Sequence record: PX880101.1
Strand: one strand, 5' to 3'
DNA from: a phage
Length of the DNA: 64,000 nucleotides
Under the pieces are notes generated by a model that was not told the origin of the DNA, did not search any database, and saw only the letters and a list, made by a program, of their open reading frames with translations. The position numbers and the translations under genes are program-made. Shown here one piece after another: positions 46,171-55,848 of the stretch. How positions within the stretch are numbered: position 1 is the stretch's first letter; the number at the start of each line of letters is the position of its first letter.

Positions 46171-48486
46171 TTATAGTGCACAGCTTTCGCAATACGGATC
46201 TTCAACTGAACTATCTGCAATCAAAGGATAGTTCTTTCTGGTTTCATCTTCAGCCTGTTTCTTGGCATGAAGTTCCTCTGCCAAGGAGTCACCAGCACCA
46301 ACCCTAGAGTTTAAATAATACCATGTCTTCATCCCGAATTTAGTGGCACGGATAAGGTACCCTAACTGCTCCTTCATTGAAATTTTACCATCTTTCAACT
46401 TGGTGTAGTCTATGTATAAATCCGCGCTGATTGCCTGACCTGTGAATTTTTGAATCACGGCATACATATCGATCATGTCGTTAGTATCAACGTCCCAAGC
46501 CGAGGTGTAATACTCTTTCAACTCATCATAGTCAGGAACGATAAACAGCACCTGCCCTTGTGGCGACTTTTTAAAGATAATGTGCTCACGGACAGGATAA
46601 ACCCCGTTAGTGGTGTTTGTTGCCAGCGAAGAGCTTTCATTAGGCATATATGCTTCAAGAACGCTATTACGTAGCCCACCATTCTCAATGATTTCTTTAC
46701 GTAACCCTTCCCAATCCTGTTTAAGAGAAGGATCTTTCACCACGCTATCGACCTCTTTGTTATAGGTGTCGATTGGTAACCAACCTTCTGGATATTTTGT
46801 TTTATGCATCCACTCGCAGACACCACGCTCTTTTGCCAACCGTAAACTTGCCTTATGCAAGCTGTAGCTGTGAAGTTCTGCAAGATCGTGAACGAGCTGT
46901 TTACTTTCAGGAGACCCGTAAGTAACCTTGTGGCTGGCAATAAAATGTGCAACATTGGTAAGGCCAACCCCGATGGATCTGCGTTTTTTAACTGTGCTTT
47001 CCATATTTTCATACGGATATGTCATGATTTCCATAACATTGTCAATCATAAGCACCGTATAGTATGCAACATCCTCATACTCCTCTGGAGTAACCCTCCC
47101 AGCTACAAGAGATGACAGGAAGCACAATGCAACCTCTCCATCATCAGCATCGTACTTGAAGATATTACGCATATCTGAATAGCCTTTTGTCGGGAGGGCT
47201 ATTTCTGCACACAGGTTGCTTGAATAGATCACATCTTTAAAAGGTGTATGTCTATTCATCTCATCTGTCCAGTATACGTACAGCCTTCCCACCTCAGTGC
47301 GCTGCGTGATCAGTTCAACAGCAAGATCTCTAGCTCGGATCCATGTTTTAGGAATACTGTCATCTTTAGCAATACGATCAACCTCTGCATCAAACTCCTC
47401 CATAGACATGGTGAAGATACCCTCATGCAGTTGAGGCGCGTGCTTATAAGAAACAAGCATCCAATCTAAATTCTTAGCCACACGGTTGATAAACGACCTA
47501 TTAATACCGATGGAGTAGTCCATGGTGTTGATTCTTTTTGAAGCAACAGTCATAGGGTTTCTCAAACGGATTAGCTCATCAATCTGCGGGTCCAGTGCAA
47601 GGAATGATACTGTTGCAGAACCACCACGTGATTGTTGTCTGTTCTCCTTAACCCCAGCATCAATACCTCGATAATATGGAATCTTACCCATATGTTTAAT
47701 AGTGTTACCACGAACACCATCGCCTGCAGATCTTGAGGATAAGTAGTAGCCGATACCTGCTTGGTTAACCGTCATTGTGTACGCAACTTCACGTGCCACA
47801 CCAATAGATTTTGCTGTATCGTCAGCTTTTATTACACAACAAGATGCATACCCTGTCTTACCTGTGCGCAGCCCGTTTAAGTACGGTGTTGGGGCATTGA
47901 TCTTTAAGTCGGACAGATAAGTGTATAATTTTACAACATCGTTGATACGACGTTCTTTCGGCATATTCTTCATGACAGCCATTGCTATCCCCATAAACAT
48001 CATCTGGGGAGATTCAAACAAGGTGTCTTTAAGAGTATCCTTGATCCCGTATTTGTCGCGAAACTGTTTAAGGACTGCATAGCCATAACCGAGATCTTTA
48101 CTGTGGTCAATAACAGCGTCTAAAGTGTTTAGCTCGGTAAAGCTATAACCCATATCCTCCCAATAACCTTTCTCAACCATGTCATTGTAAAATGATGGTA
48201 AGGAAGGGATCTTTGTAAACCCTCCAAAAGCCTCTTTATAGATCTGACCAATAAGAACACGACCAGCCATACGGGAATGTGCTTCGTCTTTACGGCTAAC
48301 ACAAGAGTCTATAATAGCTTGGTTAACTTCTTTGGTTGTACATCCATCATACAACCGCTTGTAGGCATCCAGTGCAATATGTGACCAATTGCCGTTACCA
48401 TCGTCACCGAAAATAGCTGCCTTATTTAAACGTTCTGGATCGAATGCCACTTCACATCCGTTGCTTTTAATTACCTTGGTGATCAA
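46171..48486 (-). CDS. nrdA: Ribonucleotide reductase class Ia large subunit with ATP cone
   Basis: N-terminal ATP cone VIKSNGCEVAFDPERL; 771 aa; C-terminal CESCAL tail. Confidence 0.9.
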   Translation of the reverse strand: MITKVIKSNGCEVAFDPERLNKAAIFGDDGNGNWSHIALDAYKRLYDGCTTKEVNQAIIDSCVSRKDEAHSRMAGRVLIGQIYKEAFGGFTKIPSLPSFYNDMVEKGYWEDMGYSFTELNTLDAVIDHSKDLGYGYAVLKQFRDKYGIKDTLKDTLFESPQMMFMGIAMAVMKNMPKERRINDVVKLYTYLSDLKINAPTPYLNGLRTGKTGYASCCVIKADDTAKSIGVAREVAYTMTVNQAGIGYYLSSRSAGDGVRGNTIKHMGKIPYYRGIDAGVKENRQQSRGGSATVSFLALDPQIDELIRLRNPMTVASKRINTMDYSIGINRSFINRVAKNLDWMLVSYKHAPQLHEGIFTMSMEEFDAEVDRIAKDDSIPKTWIRARDLAVELITQRTEVGRLYVYWTDEMNRHTPFKDVIYSSNLCAEIALPTKGYSDMRNIFKYDADDGEVALCFLSSLVAGRVTPEEYEDVAYYTVLMIDNVMEIMTYPYENMESTVKKRRSIGVGLTNVAHFIASHKVTYGSPESKQLVHDLAELHSYSLHKASLRLAKERGVCEWMHKTKYPEGWLPIDTYNKEVDSVVKDPSLKQDWEGLRKEIIENGGLRNSVLEAYMPNESSSLATNTTNGVYPVREHIIFKKSPQGQVLFIVPDYDELKEYYTSAWDVDTNDMIDMYAVIQKFTGQAISADLYIDYTKLKDGKISMKEQLGYLIRATKFGMKTWYYLNSRVGAGDSLAEELHAKKQAEDETRKNYPLIADSSVEDPYCESCAL

Positions 48487-48713
48487 TTTGCTTCCTCCAC
48501 TTCACTAACGTATTTATCAAGGCAGGTATCAGTATCTTGCTGGATAAAAGTATCCTCTTCTACAGAGATATTTATAATTTTACCTGTATACTCGTCATAA
48601 TAGACATCATCATACATTTTAATATCGTTTGTCAGGCCATTGAACCAAAGCCAACCAACATACTCTGCCCGACTTGCAAAACCAAGATCCTTCCACTTGG
48701 AGTTATGACTCAT
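48483..48713 (-). CDS. hypothetical protein
   Basis: ATG after AAGGTGGTG. Confidence 0.4.
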   Translation of the reverse strand: MSHNSKWKDLGFASRAEYVGWLWFNGLTNDIKMYDDVYYDEYTGKIINISVEEDTFIQQDTDTCLDKYVSEVEEAN

Positions 48714-48723
48714 CTTCACCACC

Positions 48724-49224
48724 TTAGCTTTCAATACCGAATAATTTTTCCAGGCGATGCAGATCTTCAAAATTGAAAGGTTCATCAACAATATGAATAT
48801 CTTCAGCCTTTTCAGATTGTTTTGTATACTTTCTTACATTAACACGATCCTCTACAGGGATATCATACGGGAGATCTTGAACAAGCATTGCCTCACCAGG
48901 TGCTTTATCTACATCTAAAATATCTACACCGTTATACATTTGTGGGTATCTAAAGTCTGCACGCATGACACCAGCAAATACATCTGCCTTTCGATAATGT
49001 GTTGGCTTATTTTTGCATCGAACGTTTTTTCCACGAAGAACATCAATACTTTTTAAATCAAACCCTACGGCAAAGAGTGCAGCTCGGAGACCGTTTCGTG
49101 TGCGAACGTTAAACCCGGGGACGGTAGATAGAAAATCTAAAGTAACTGAAATAAATGTCTTTTTAGGAATCATAACATTACTCATATCTGTCTCCATTTC
49201 TGGCTCACCAACAAAGTGAGCCAT
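48724..49224 (-). CDS. hypothetical protein
   Basis: ORF. Confidence 0.5.
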   Translation of the reverse strand: MAHFVGEPEMETDMSNVMIPKKTFISVTLDFLSTVPGFNVRTRNGLRAALFAVGFDLKSIDVLRGKNVRCKNKPTHYRKADVFAGVMRADFRYPQMYNGVDILDVDKAPGEAMLVQDLPYDIPVEDRVNVRKYTKQSEKAEDIHIVDEPFNFEDLHRLEKLFGIES

Positions 49225-49283
49225 TATTATAGATTATCTAATACTATTAGTCAACACAAAAGTTACCTATCGCTGTGATAGGA

Positions 49284-50267
49284 TTAACCTTTCACGAAGT
49301 GGTTATTAAGCAGTTGTCTGTGCTGAACCCACCCACAAAAGTTGGCAGACCAGAATTTACCATCACGGTCTTGATGGGTTACACCTTCCTGCCAAGTACT
49401 GATGTCTTGTGTGATTTCACATGAAGACAGGTAGTAGTTTAAACGTTCCATTGCGTTATCGTGATCCATAGGTGTTGCCTGGTGCTCGTAAGGGCTTGCA
49501 TGAATACGATCCCCACCAATCAATTTTTTAGCCACACTATCTGCCTTTTCAAACGTGCTGTCAATATTTCGATAAGATACTTGTGCACAGCAACTAGCAC
49601 TGATAGACAGAGCTTCTTTAGTATCGAGAATGCAGAGCTTTCCTTCTGTGTCACGTACAGCGTAGTTAAACTCTCCGTCCAAATAAACGTGCTCTACATA
49701 TGGGGTGTGCCATTGACCCGGTTTAAGGATTTCAGGAGTGCTATTCTCAAGAGCCTCCCACATACAATTAGCTAACATCTGAATCGTAGGATCCGCATCG
49801 TGCCAGCAACGGAGGTGGAAAAAATTATTCCACTCGGTGCTTGTTACAACTGTTTTCATGCGCTGGAACGGCTCCACTAAGCGGTTACATACTTGCTTAT
49901 GGTAACCAGCAAGGGCGAACTTCTCTGCATGCCAAGCGGCGTTTTTTGCAGCTTCTTTCCAAAACTCTTCAGGAGTTAGCTCCATGTCAGTGTACTCTAC
50001 ACGGATCTTTTGATCGTGTTCCCCACCATCTTCCATTCCTCGCTTATTTACACCGAAGCGAACTGGCATTGCCGGATTCTCCACAATCTGTTGCAGCATC
50101 TTGCCGACAGGTACTGCACGGGAAGACATGGCGTTTCGGCTGAACACTCGGTGCGTCATAAGCTCTGAGTGAATAATTCGAGGGTACTCTAGTTCAAAAG
50201 TGGTGATACGCTTACCTTTCTCGGAAATGCTGTCAGCAATAATCTTTGCAGTGCACAGTTTTAGCAT
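49284..50267 (-). CDS. thyX: ThyX-like flavin-dependent thymidylate synthase (variant signature THR-X7-S)
   Basis: ELMTHRVFSRNAMSSRA compared with the ThyX signature RHRX7S. Confidence 0.6.
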   Translation of the reverse strand: MLKLCTAKIIADSISEKGKRITTFELEYPRIIHSELMTHRVFSRNAMSSRAVPVGKMLQQIVENPAMPVRFGVNKRGMEDGGEHDQKIRVEYTDMELTPEEFWKEAAKNAAWHAEKFALAGYHKQVCNRLVEPFQRMKTVVTSTEWNNFFHLRCWHDADPTIQMLANCMWEALENSTPEILKPGQWHTPYVEHVYLDGEFNYAVRDTEGKLCILDTKEALSISASCCAQVSYRNIDSTFEKADSVAKKLIGGDRIHASPYEHQATPMDHDNAMERLNYYLSSCEITQDISTWQEGVTHQDRDGKFWSANFCGWVQHRQLLNNHFVKG

Positions 50268-50467
50268 TATTTAGCTCTCCTTGTTTTAATTTTGGAAATT
50301 TCGTCTGGGTTTATGTTGGCCTTAAATGCAAGGTATCTGTTGAACATGTCAGAGCACATATCTTGGGTGATCCTAGAGGCATACACTAGCTTACCTCCTA
50401 GATCATACACCTCTAGCCAGTCACCGTATCTGACTACAGGATCGCCACCTTTAGAACATCTGCCCAT
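50267..50467 (-). CDS. hypothetical protein
   Basis: ORF. Confidence 0.4.
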   Translation of the reverse strand: MGRCSKGGDPVVRYGDWLEVYDLGGKLVYASRITQDMCSDMFNRYLAFKANINPDEISKIKTRRAK

Positions 50468-50468
50468 T

Positions 50469-51062
50469 TCAAATACCTTCTAAAAATTTTCCTATTTTAT
50501 ACCAGCTATTAGCGGTATAGTCAACACTGACCTTTAACTCCTCGAATTGCTCATAAGGCGTATCTTTTAGGATTTTAATAACTTCAGGTCGTGAAGCGAA
50601 TTGGTTCAGGTATTCATGCCTGTCGTCAATTATAACATCTACAGCCACATTCCCTTTGAAATGTGTGGCGTAGAAGCCGTGGCCCTGGGTGTGATCGTCC
50701 AGATCCATAAAATCACTGGTCCAACGCTTTAAGAACCTTGATTTAGATGCAAGGTGACCTTTCTTGCATACCGAGATAAATGCAAGCTTGTGACCACGAG
50801 CCACCAAATCTTTCATAACCTCAATAGCCCCCTCTTCAGGCTTAAGGAAGTCGTAGAGGAACGGATCACTCCAGAAATCAAAAGGTCCTATGATGTTTTC
50901 TTTGGGACGATCAGGCCAATACTTTGACAGATCGTAATACATTAGCCCATTAGAAGGTTTAGCCACTGTCTTACTGGCTGGACCATACAAACGCTCCAAC
51001 CACTCCCACCATGCTGTTCCTGAATCTACCAGTGTCAGATCTACATCAATTCCGATTAACAT
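50469..51062 (-). CDS. HAD-superfamily phosphatase (putative 5'-deoxyribonucleotidase)
   Basis: HAD motif I IGIDVDLTLVD. Confidence 0.5.
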   Translation of the reverse strand: MLIGIDVDLTLVDSGTAWWEWLERLYGPASKTVAKPSNGLMYYDLSKYWPDRPKENIIGPFDFWSDPFLYDFLKPEEGAIEVMKDLVARGHKLAFISVCKKGHLASKSRFLKRWTSDFMDLDDHTQGHGFYATHFKGNVAVDVIIDDRHEYLNQFASRPEVIKILKDTPYEQFEELKVSVDYTANSWYKIGKFLEGI

Positions 51063-51673
51063 TCTTCTTGGGCCTCTTTAGCATCAATATACTTGCACAC
51101 AATCTCCGATGCACACTCCCAAGGTGCACCTTCAGGGTTTACAACATCAAACTCAACCCCTTTTATTCCGTTCTTTTCCAGACTTAGATAGGTTCTGGAA
51201 TCATTTCCCCAGTCATATCCTACACGGTGAATACGGAACAACAACAGATCTCCACCTGTGCTGTATGCGTACTCGCTAAGGCATGCCAGCTCCTCTTTGA
51301 ATCCCCCATCGGAGTAAACAATAACCCCTTTACCTTCAGGGAAATCTTTCTTCAAAGATGCGACTGCGGCTTTACCGAAAGCATCTTCACCAAAGATAGG
51401 TTTAATCAGATTTTCACTACAATGGATCATCCATTCTCGCGGAGAAACATGCTTGCCGTCTATCATTAAGAAAGGGCAAGGCTCTTCTTTGTAGTGGCGG
51501 TCATAAAGTGCATTCCAGAGTTGAGGAGTTACACCAGCTGCCTTAATTGCCACGCTGAAGAGCATCTCCTTAACCTCACGGTGGTGTGAGTTAGGAATAG
51601 CTTCCAACAAGAGATCTGCAATGTGATCCTTACCACTGCTGGGTGGGGCGTTAAGAACAATAATATCCATCAA
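51056..51673 (-). CDS. P-loop kinase, putative deoxynucleoside monophosphate kinase
   Basis: LNAPPSSGKDHIADLL resembles the T4 gp1 dNMP kinase P-loop (GVKRSGKD). Confidence 0.5.
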   Translation of the reverse strand: MMDIIVLNAPPSSGKDHIADLLLEAIPNSHHREVKEMLFSVAIKAAGVTPQLWNALYDRHYKEEPCPFLMIDGKHVSPREWMIHCSENLIKPIFGEDAFGKAAVASLKKDFPEGKGVIVYSDGGFKEELACLSEYAYSTGGDLLLFRIHRVGYDWGNDSRTYLSLEKNGIKGVEFDVVNPEGAPWECASEIVCKYIDAKEAQEEC

Positions 51674-51873
51674 AAACCTCCGTGGTATTCTTCAACTGCA
51701 TCAATAATACTTTTACACTTATCTACCAGCTCGTTAGCCACTACAGCATCGTCTTCCCAAACAGCTTCCTCAATCTGATCAAGCAATGATCGCATCTTAC
51801 CCATCATTTCTGGGATAAAGTTTTCTGAAAAGCTGTCTGGAATTGTTAACTTTAGTGTCATTGCGGTCTCCAA
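51670..51873 (-). CDS. hypothetical protein
   Basis: ORF. Confidence 0.45.
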   Translation of the reverse strand: METAMTLKLTIPDSFSENFIPEMMGKMRSLLDQIEEAVWEDDAVVANELVDKCKSIIDAVEEYHGGF

Positions 51874-51888
51874 TCATACTATGCGTTA

Positions 51889-52347
51889 TTAGAAGTTTGT
51901 TTTTACACGTCCCTTTTCATCAACTTCGTTGTTAGCTAAAAGCGTTACAAAGTCTGTGAAACGGACATGAAGAACTCTTTTCTTGTCAAGGTATCCTAAA
52001 GCCACCCCTGAGAAATTTAGCATCAAAGGGGCTAAAGAAGCTCTAGCACTGAAATGCTGTTGTTCTACCCTTCCAACACCCTTAGTATAGGATGGGTTGA
52101 GATTGTAAGTTCTGAATCCAAGTTTTGTTGGAGCTTTAGAATTAAAAACAACTTTGTAGCGTTTCTTACTCAACTTATGCTCCAGGATAAGCATTCCCTT
52201 ATCGCCCTTGATAAGTTGAAAATCTGTAAAGTGCTCTTTTAAGACGAAAGGTAGTGCCAGTCCCATCGCCTGCCCCCTTTGTACCGCTGTCTCACCAAAA
52301 GCTTTTGCATCAGTAAGTTCTTTGGTCAAGTCTATGCTTTTGATCAT
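51889..52347 (-). CDS. hypothetical protein
   Basis: ORF. Confidence 0.5.
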   Translation of the reverse strand: MIKSIDLTKELTDAKAFGETAVQRGQAMGLALPFVLKEHFTDFQLIKGDKGMLILEHKLSKKRYKVVFNSKAPTKLGFRTYNLNPSYTKGVGRVEQQHFSARASLAPLMLNFSGVALGYLDKKRVLHVRFTDFVTLLANNEVDEKGRVKTNF

Positions 52348-53128
52348 ACCTAGTCTCCAAAATGTATTGTAGTTCTTTCTTACCTATACTCTTCATTCCG
52401 GCAGTCTTACCTGCTTCTTCTTGAAAGGAAGAATAGCATTCAGCAAACACTCTGTCAACACCGTCAACTAAAGATTTTATGAAATATGTTGATTCTTCAG
52501 ATTTTGGGTCATCCTCCCCCAATACTTTTCCAGCATTATACCCAACACGTCTTACACAGAAGTCGTAGTCATCTGGAGTGCTAAAAGAAAATAACCTATT
52601 CTCCCCAATCTCTACAGGATCCCTATTGCACTCCTTTTTCTCCCAAATTTGGAAAACACATGGCACGTCATAAGGTTTGCCATTAAGTAAAAACGAATTC
52701 TTAGGGCACCTTTCGCTGTAGACAAGGTGCATCGACATGTCCAGTTTGTTTGCAAAAAATATTTTTTCAAATGTCCGTGGCAAGATGAAGGCTATAGCCC
52801 CTCCAAGCTCTAGCAATGATGCACAATGGTTGAAGAATTTGCAAGCTAAAGATGAATTCTTGCCAAATGGTGGGTTACCTATGAAGACATCTGCCTTGGG
52901 ATGAACCTCCAAGAAGTTTGCCTGAATGCACGGTGTTGGTCCTTCAAATTCAGGATCTGGTACTAAATCGTACGACAGTATCTCTGAAAATAGTTTTGAA
53001 AAAGAACCCCTTCCAGCAGAAGGCTCAACGTATGCACAATTCCCATACTTATCTTTTACTTTACCAACAAGATATTCTGCATACTCAGGGTTTGTGTAAT
53101 ATTTGTCGTTGGACTCTTTCTTGCTCAA
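52310..53128 (-). CDS. N6-adenine DNA methyltransferase (NPPF motif)
   Basis: EPSAGRGSF (AdoMet motif I) and FIGNPPFG (motif IV); no ATG, TTG after GGAGG taken as start. Confidence 0.65.
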   Translation of the reverse strand: MSKKESNDKYYTNPEYAEYLVGKVKDKYGNCAYVEPSAGRGSFSKLFSEILSYDLVPDPEFEGPTPCIQANFLEVHPKADVFIGNPPFGKNSSLACKFFNHCASLLELGGAIAFILPRTFEKIFFANKLDMSMHLVYSERCPKNSFLLNGKPYDVPCVFQIWEKKECNRDPVEIGENRLFSFSTPDDYDFCVRRVGYNAGKVLGEDDPKSEESTYFIKSLVDGVDRVFAECYSSFQEEAGKTAGMKSIGKKELQYILETRYDQKHRLDQRTY

Positions 53129-53135
53129 AGTGCCT

Positions 53136-53165
53136 CCAAAAGGAAAAGGGAGGCGCAAGCCTCCC
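53136..53165 (-). terminator. Rho-independent terminator (minus strand) immediately upstream of the methyltransferase start
   Basis: Minus-strand GGGAGGC-TTGC-GCCTCCC followed by TTTTCCTTTT. Confidence 0.55.
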
Positions 53166-53173
53166 TATAATTG

Positions 53174-54157
53174 TTAGATTATCTGAATCAGGGTGTTTTT
53201 CATTTCTTCTCTGGTACGGATGTTGTTACGGTCACGAACAACAGATCCACAACCTTCGCAGCGGTATGTTTTAAATGCACTCAGCTGAGTATATGCCAAA
53301 GCTTCTTCCTCGTGAAGGTGTTCTCCACCACAGCGTGGGCAACGAACCTTTGGCTCCTCGTCCTGGTAGTACAATGACATGTTTGGGTGCTGCTTAGCAA
53401 ACGGGCGAGCCAGCAAATACAGTCCTTCCAGAGACAGGATATCACCAACATTATACTCCCGCATCTGTTTAAATGCCTCAAGATCGCCATGGACACACTT
53501 GATCCACATTTCAAATGTGTGATCAATCAGTTTCTGTCTGGCCAGTTGGAAGTATTTGCATGCATACTCCAAAGTGTTTGCATTCAAACGGAATGCCTTC
53601 TTGATCATTTTAAGGGTGTCAACCTCTTTGTAGGGGCTTGTTGGAGGCAACCCGTGAAATGCAAATCGTTGGTTGGCCCACCCGCAGTCAAAACCTGAAT
53701 TGTGGGCTACTGCGACATCGCATTTATCCAGATAATACCACAAATCCTGAATCAATTCGAGATCATTGTGAATATCCTCATCCCACATTTTGTAATCGGG
53801 AAGAGCGCAGTCAACCACACTAGGGCTGTCTAACCACTTACCTGCGAAAGTTAGCATATAAGGCATAACTTCAATACCACAGGTTTGAATGTTGGTCTTA
53901 TAGTGCCCAAAGAACCAGCCGTTTGTTGGGGATGTCTCTGTATCATACACCCAAACTTTAGCGCCTTTGTGCTCTTCAAGGAAGCGCTCCGTTGCTTCTC
54001 CTACAATCTCTGACATATTCTCTTGTGCACGTTTAAGCTGTAGTCGGATCCAGCTCTCACGTGACTCACGGCCTAAAAATTCACGAGCAATTTGTCTATT
54101 AGTGTATCCCTGTTGCTTTAGTGTTAAAATTTGCTCAAGAGTTAACTTTGTCATCAT
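53174..54157 (-). CDS. DnaQ-like 3'-5' exonuclease with N-terminal HTH and C-terminal zinc ribbon
   Basis: VWVYDTETSP and VAHNSGFDCGW (DEDD-type exonuclease); CPRCGG...CEGCG. Confidence 0.55.
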   Translation of the reverse strand: MMTKLTLEQILTLKQQGYTNRQIAREFLGRESRESWIRLQLKRAQENMSEIVGEATERFLEEHKGAKVWVYDTETSPTNGWFFGHYKTNIQTCGIEVMPYMLTFAGKWLDSPSVVDCALPDYKMWDEDIHNDLELIQDLWYYLDKCDVAVAHNSGFDCGWANQRFAFHGLPPTSPYKEVDTLKMIKKAFRLNANTLEYACKYFQLARQKLIDHTFEMWIKCVHGDLEAFKQMREYNVGDILSLEGLYLLARPFAKQHPNMSLYYQDEEPKVRCPRCGGEHLHEEEALAYTQLSAFKTYRCEGCGSVVRDRNNIRTREEMKNTLIQII

Positions 54158-54169
54158 CGTTAAGATTCC

Positions 54170-54391
54170 TTAGTAAAACTGAAGAATGTCTTTTAAAGCG
54201 AAGTCACGATATTCGCCCTTGTCTACATCGAAGGCACGCATCAACCACTGCTCTTCTTTATGATACTCTGTAGAGCCAAACCATAAATTAGGCTCAGTAA
54301 CGCAGCGATCTGCAACAACACCTTTCCAGTTACGGTATTTCATCCTGATCAGGACTGAGTCGCAAGGATTGAATACCTTTTTCATCCCCAT
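54170..54391 (-). CDS. hypothetical protein
   Basis: ORF. Confidence 0.4.
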   Translation of the reverse strand: MGMKKVFNPCDSVLIRMKYRNWKGVVADRCVTEPNLWFGSTEYHKEEQWLMRAFDVDKGEYRDFALKDILQFY

Positions 54392-54935
54392 AGAAATCTC
54401 TCTCCTCAGTTTTCTTTATAAACTCCTGCATGTAGAACTCAATAGCCTCATGCTTGGTGCACTCCGGATTAATGACAAGATTGAGATCTGATTCTGCTCG
54501 TGCAATGATCGTAGCTTTAGAGCATCTCCTCAAGAACTTTGTCATATCATCTCTGTAGTTTTTGTGGAGCGGGAAGTCGCTGTAGTCTTTCTCCAAATAG
54601 TCAGCCATCCGGCGCAACGCCTCTGATAAACTGCAATCTGTATACTCGTTACAGTATTTCATCCAGTATTTAAGCACATACCCCTCAAAGGTATTAGTGC
54701 ATTGAGACAAAACACCCCTGCAACGACCAGTCAGATGATCATGATCTAAACAAGGCTTACGAAGTGGCTCGCACAAGATTGGATCAAGACCATCCTGCTC
54801 CTCTGACAATTCTTTTCGAAAGTTGGCTATGTCCTTAGAATCTTTTAACCACCCGTTATGAACGGGAGCTTTGACAGCTTTCTTTCTTATTTTACGCTTT
54901 GCGATAATCCCTCCAGATGCGCCCTGCCTATCCAA
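54330..54935 (-). CDS. Endonuclease VII-family (T4 gp49-like) junction-resolving nuclease
   Basis: CLDHDHLTGRCRGVLSQCTN matches the EndoVII DHDH...RG.LC..CN motif. Confidence 0.6.
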   Translation of the reverse strand: MDRQGASGGIIAKRKIRKKAVKAPVHNGWLKDSKDIANFRKELSEEQDGLDPILCEPLRKPCLDHDHLTGRCRGVLSQCTNTFEGYVLKYWMKYCNEYTDCSLSEALRRMADYLEKDYSDFPLHKNYRDDMTKFLRRCSKATIIARAESDLNLVINPECTKHEAIEFYMQEFIKKTEERDFYGDEKGIQSLRLSPDQDEIP

Positions 54936-55516
54936 TAAGCATCTGCAAGATCGGCCTTACCTTGTACCAAATTGATCCCATCTAGGAACCCAGGTTCAGA
55001 TACTTCGCAGGCCTTAACCATCAACTTTTTATCCATCGTAACAGGTTTCTTCACAGTATGCTCTTTACCTGTCCTTTTGTCAAGCTTTTTCTTCTCCTCA
55101 AAAGCAAGTTCCTCAGGAAGATGACTACGAGCAAACTTTTTGGCAGTTGTTGGTGTCACTGTGTGAACCTTAAACAGGCCGTCATTTTCACAATCAGCTA
55201 AAGCATCCCAAAGCATAACTTCGAGACCGTAAAACAACCCAGCCAGTTCACGTGTGGCATCCCCGCGTGATCCAAAGGAAAGCCCTTCCATAACCACGGT
55301 GTCAACGTGGTGCGTGTGGATATAATATCTGACCTGTTTGCAGATCCAGTCAATACGCTCAGCAGCTGTTGCAAAAGAAACCGTCCCTGGTTTCTTCTCT
55401 TTTGCAGATGAGCTTTGAGTTCGTAACACAACCTTGTGAACAGGCTTTCCATCGTCCCATACAACGCAAGCTGTGTGTGTCAACGACTGGTCTATGGATA
55501 ATAGACGCTCTCTCAT
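54887..55516 (-). CDS. RuvC-like Holliday junction resolvase
   Basis: LSIDQSLTHTACVVW, VVMEGLSFG and ADLADAYWIG fit the RuvC-fold acidic residue pattern. Confidence 0.6.
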   Translation of the reverse strand: MRERLLSIDQSLTHTACVVWDDGKPVHKVVLRTQSSSAKEKKPGTVSFATAAERIDWICKQVRYYIHTHHVDTVVMEGLSFGSRGDATRELAGLFYGLEVMLWDALADCENDGLFKVHTVTPTTAKKFARSHLPEELAFEEKKKLDKRTGKEHTVKKPVTMDKKLMVKACEVSEPGFLDGINLVQGKADLADAYWIGRAHLEGLSQSVK

Positions 55517-55848
55517 GCTTCCTCATCCTCCTCTCCTTCATCAGGAGCATAAGCCTTATCTTTGAACAGGACGAGAGAGCAAAGCTTAACATCTGTTTCC
55601 ACACTGGTGAACATGCATAACCGCTCGCCCTCAATCAGCTCACAATCCTCTTTTAAAACAGCAGACCATACACGGTCATCTGCGTAATCATCCGTGTACA
55701 GGATGTATGAAATGGTGTCATCTTCGTACAACCGCCACATACCTGTGGCAACAATAAATGTATTTTTTGTTTTAATGGTCCCTGTTGTATGATCATCCTC
55801 AAAAACAGCTTCCATAATTGCATTATCTACAGAATTTTTAGTCATCAA
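55513..55848 (-). CDS. hypothetical acidic protein
   Basis: ATGA coupling. Confidence 0.45.
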   Translation of the reverse strand: MMTKNSVDNAIMEAVFEDDHTTGTIKTKNTFIVATGMWRLYEDDTISYILYTDDYADDRVWSAVLKEDCELIEGERLCMFTSVETDVKLCSLVLFKDKAYAPDEGEEDEEA

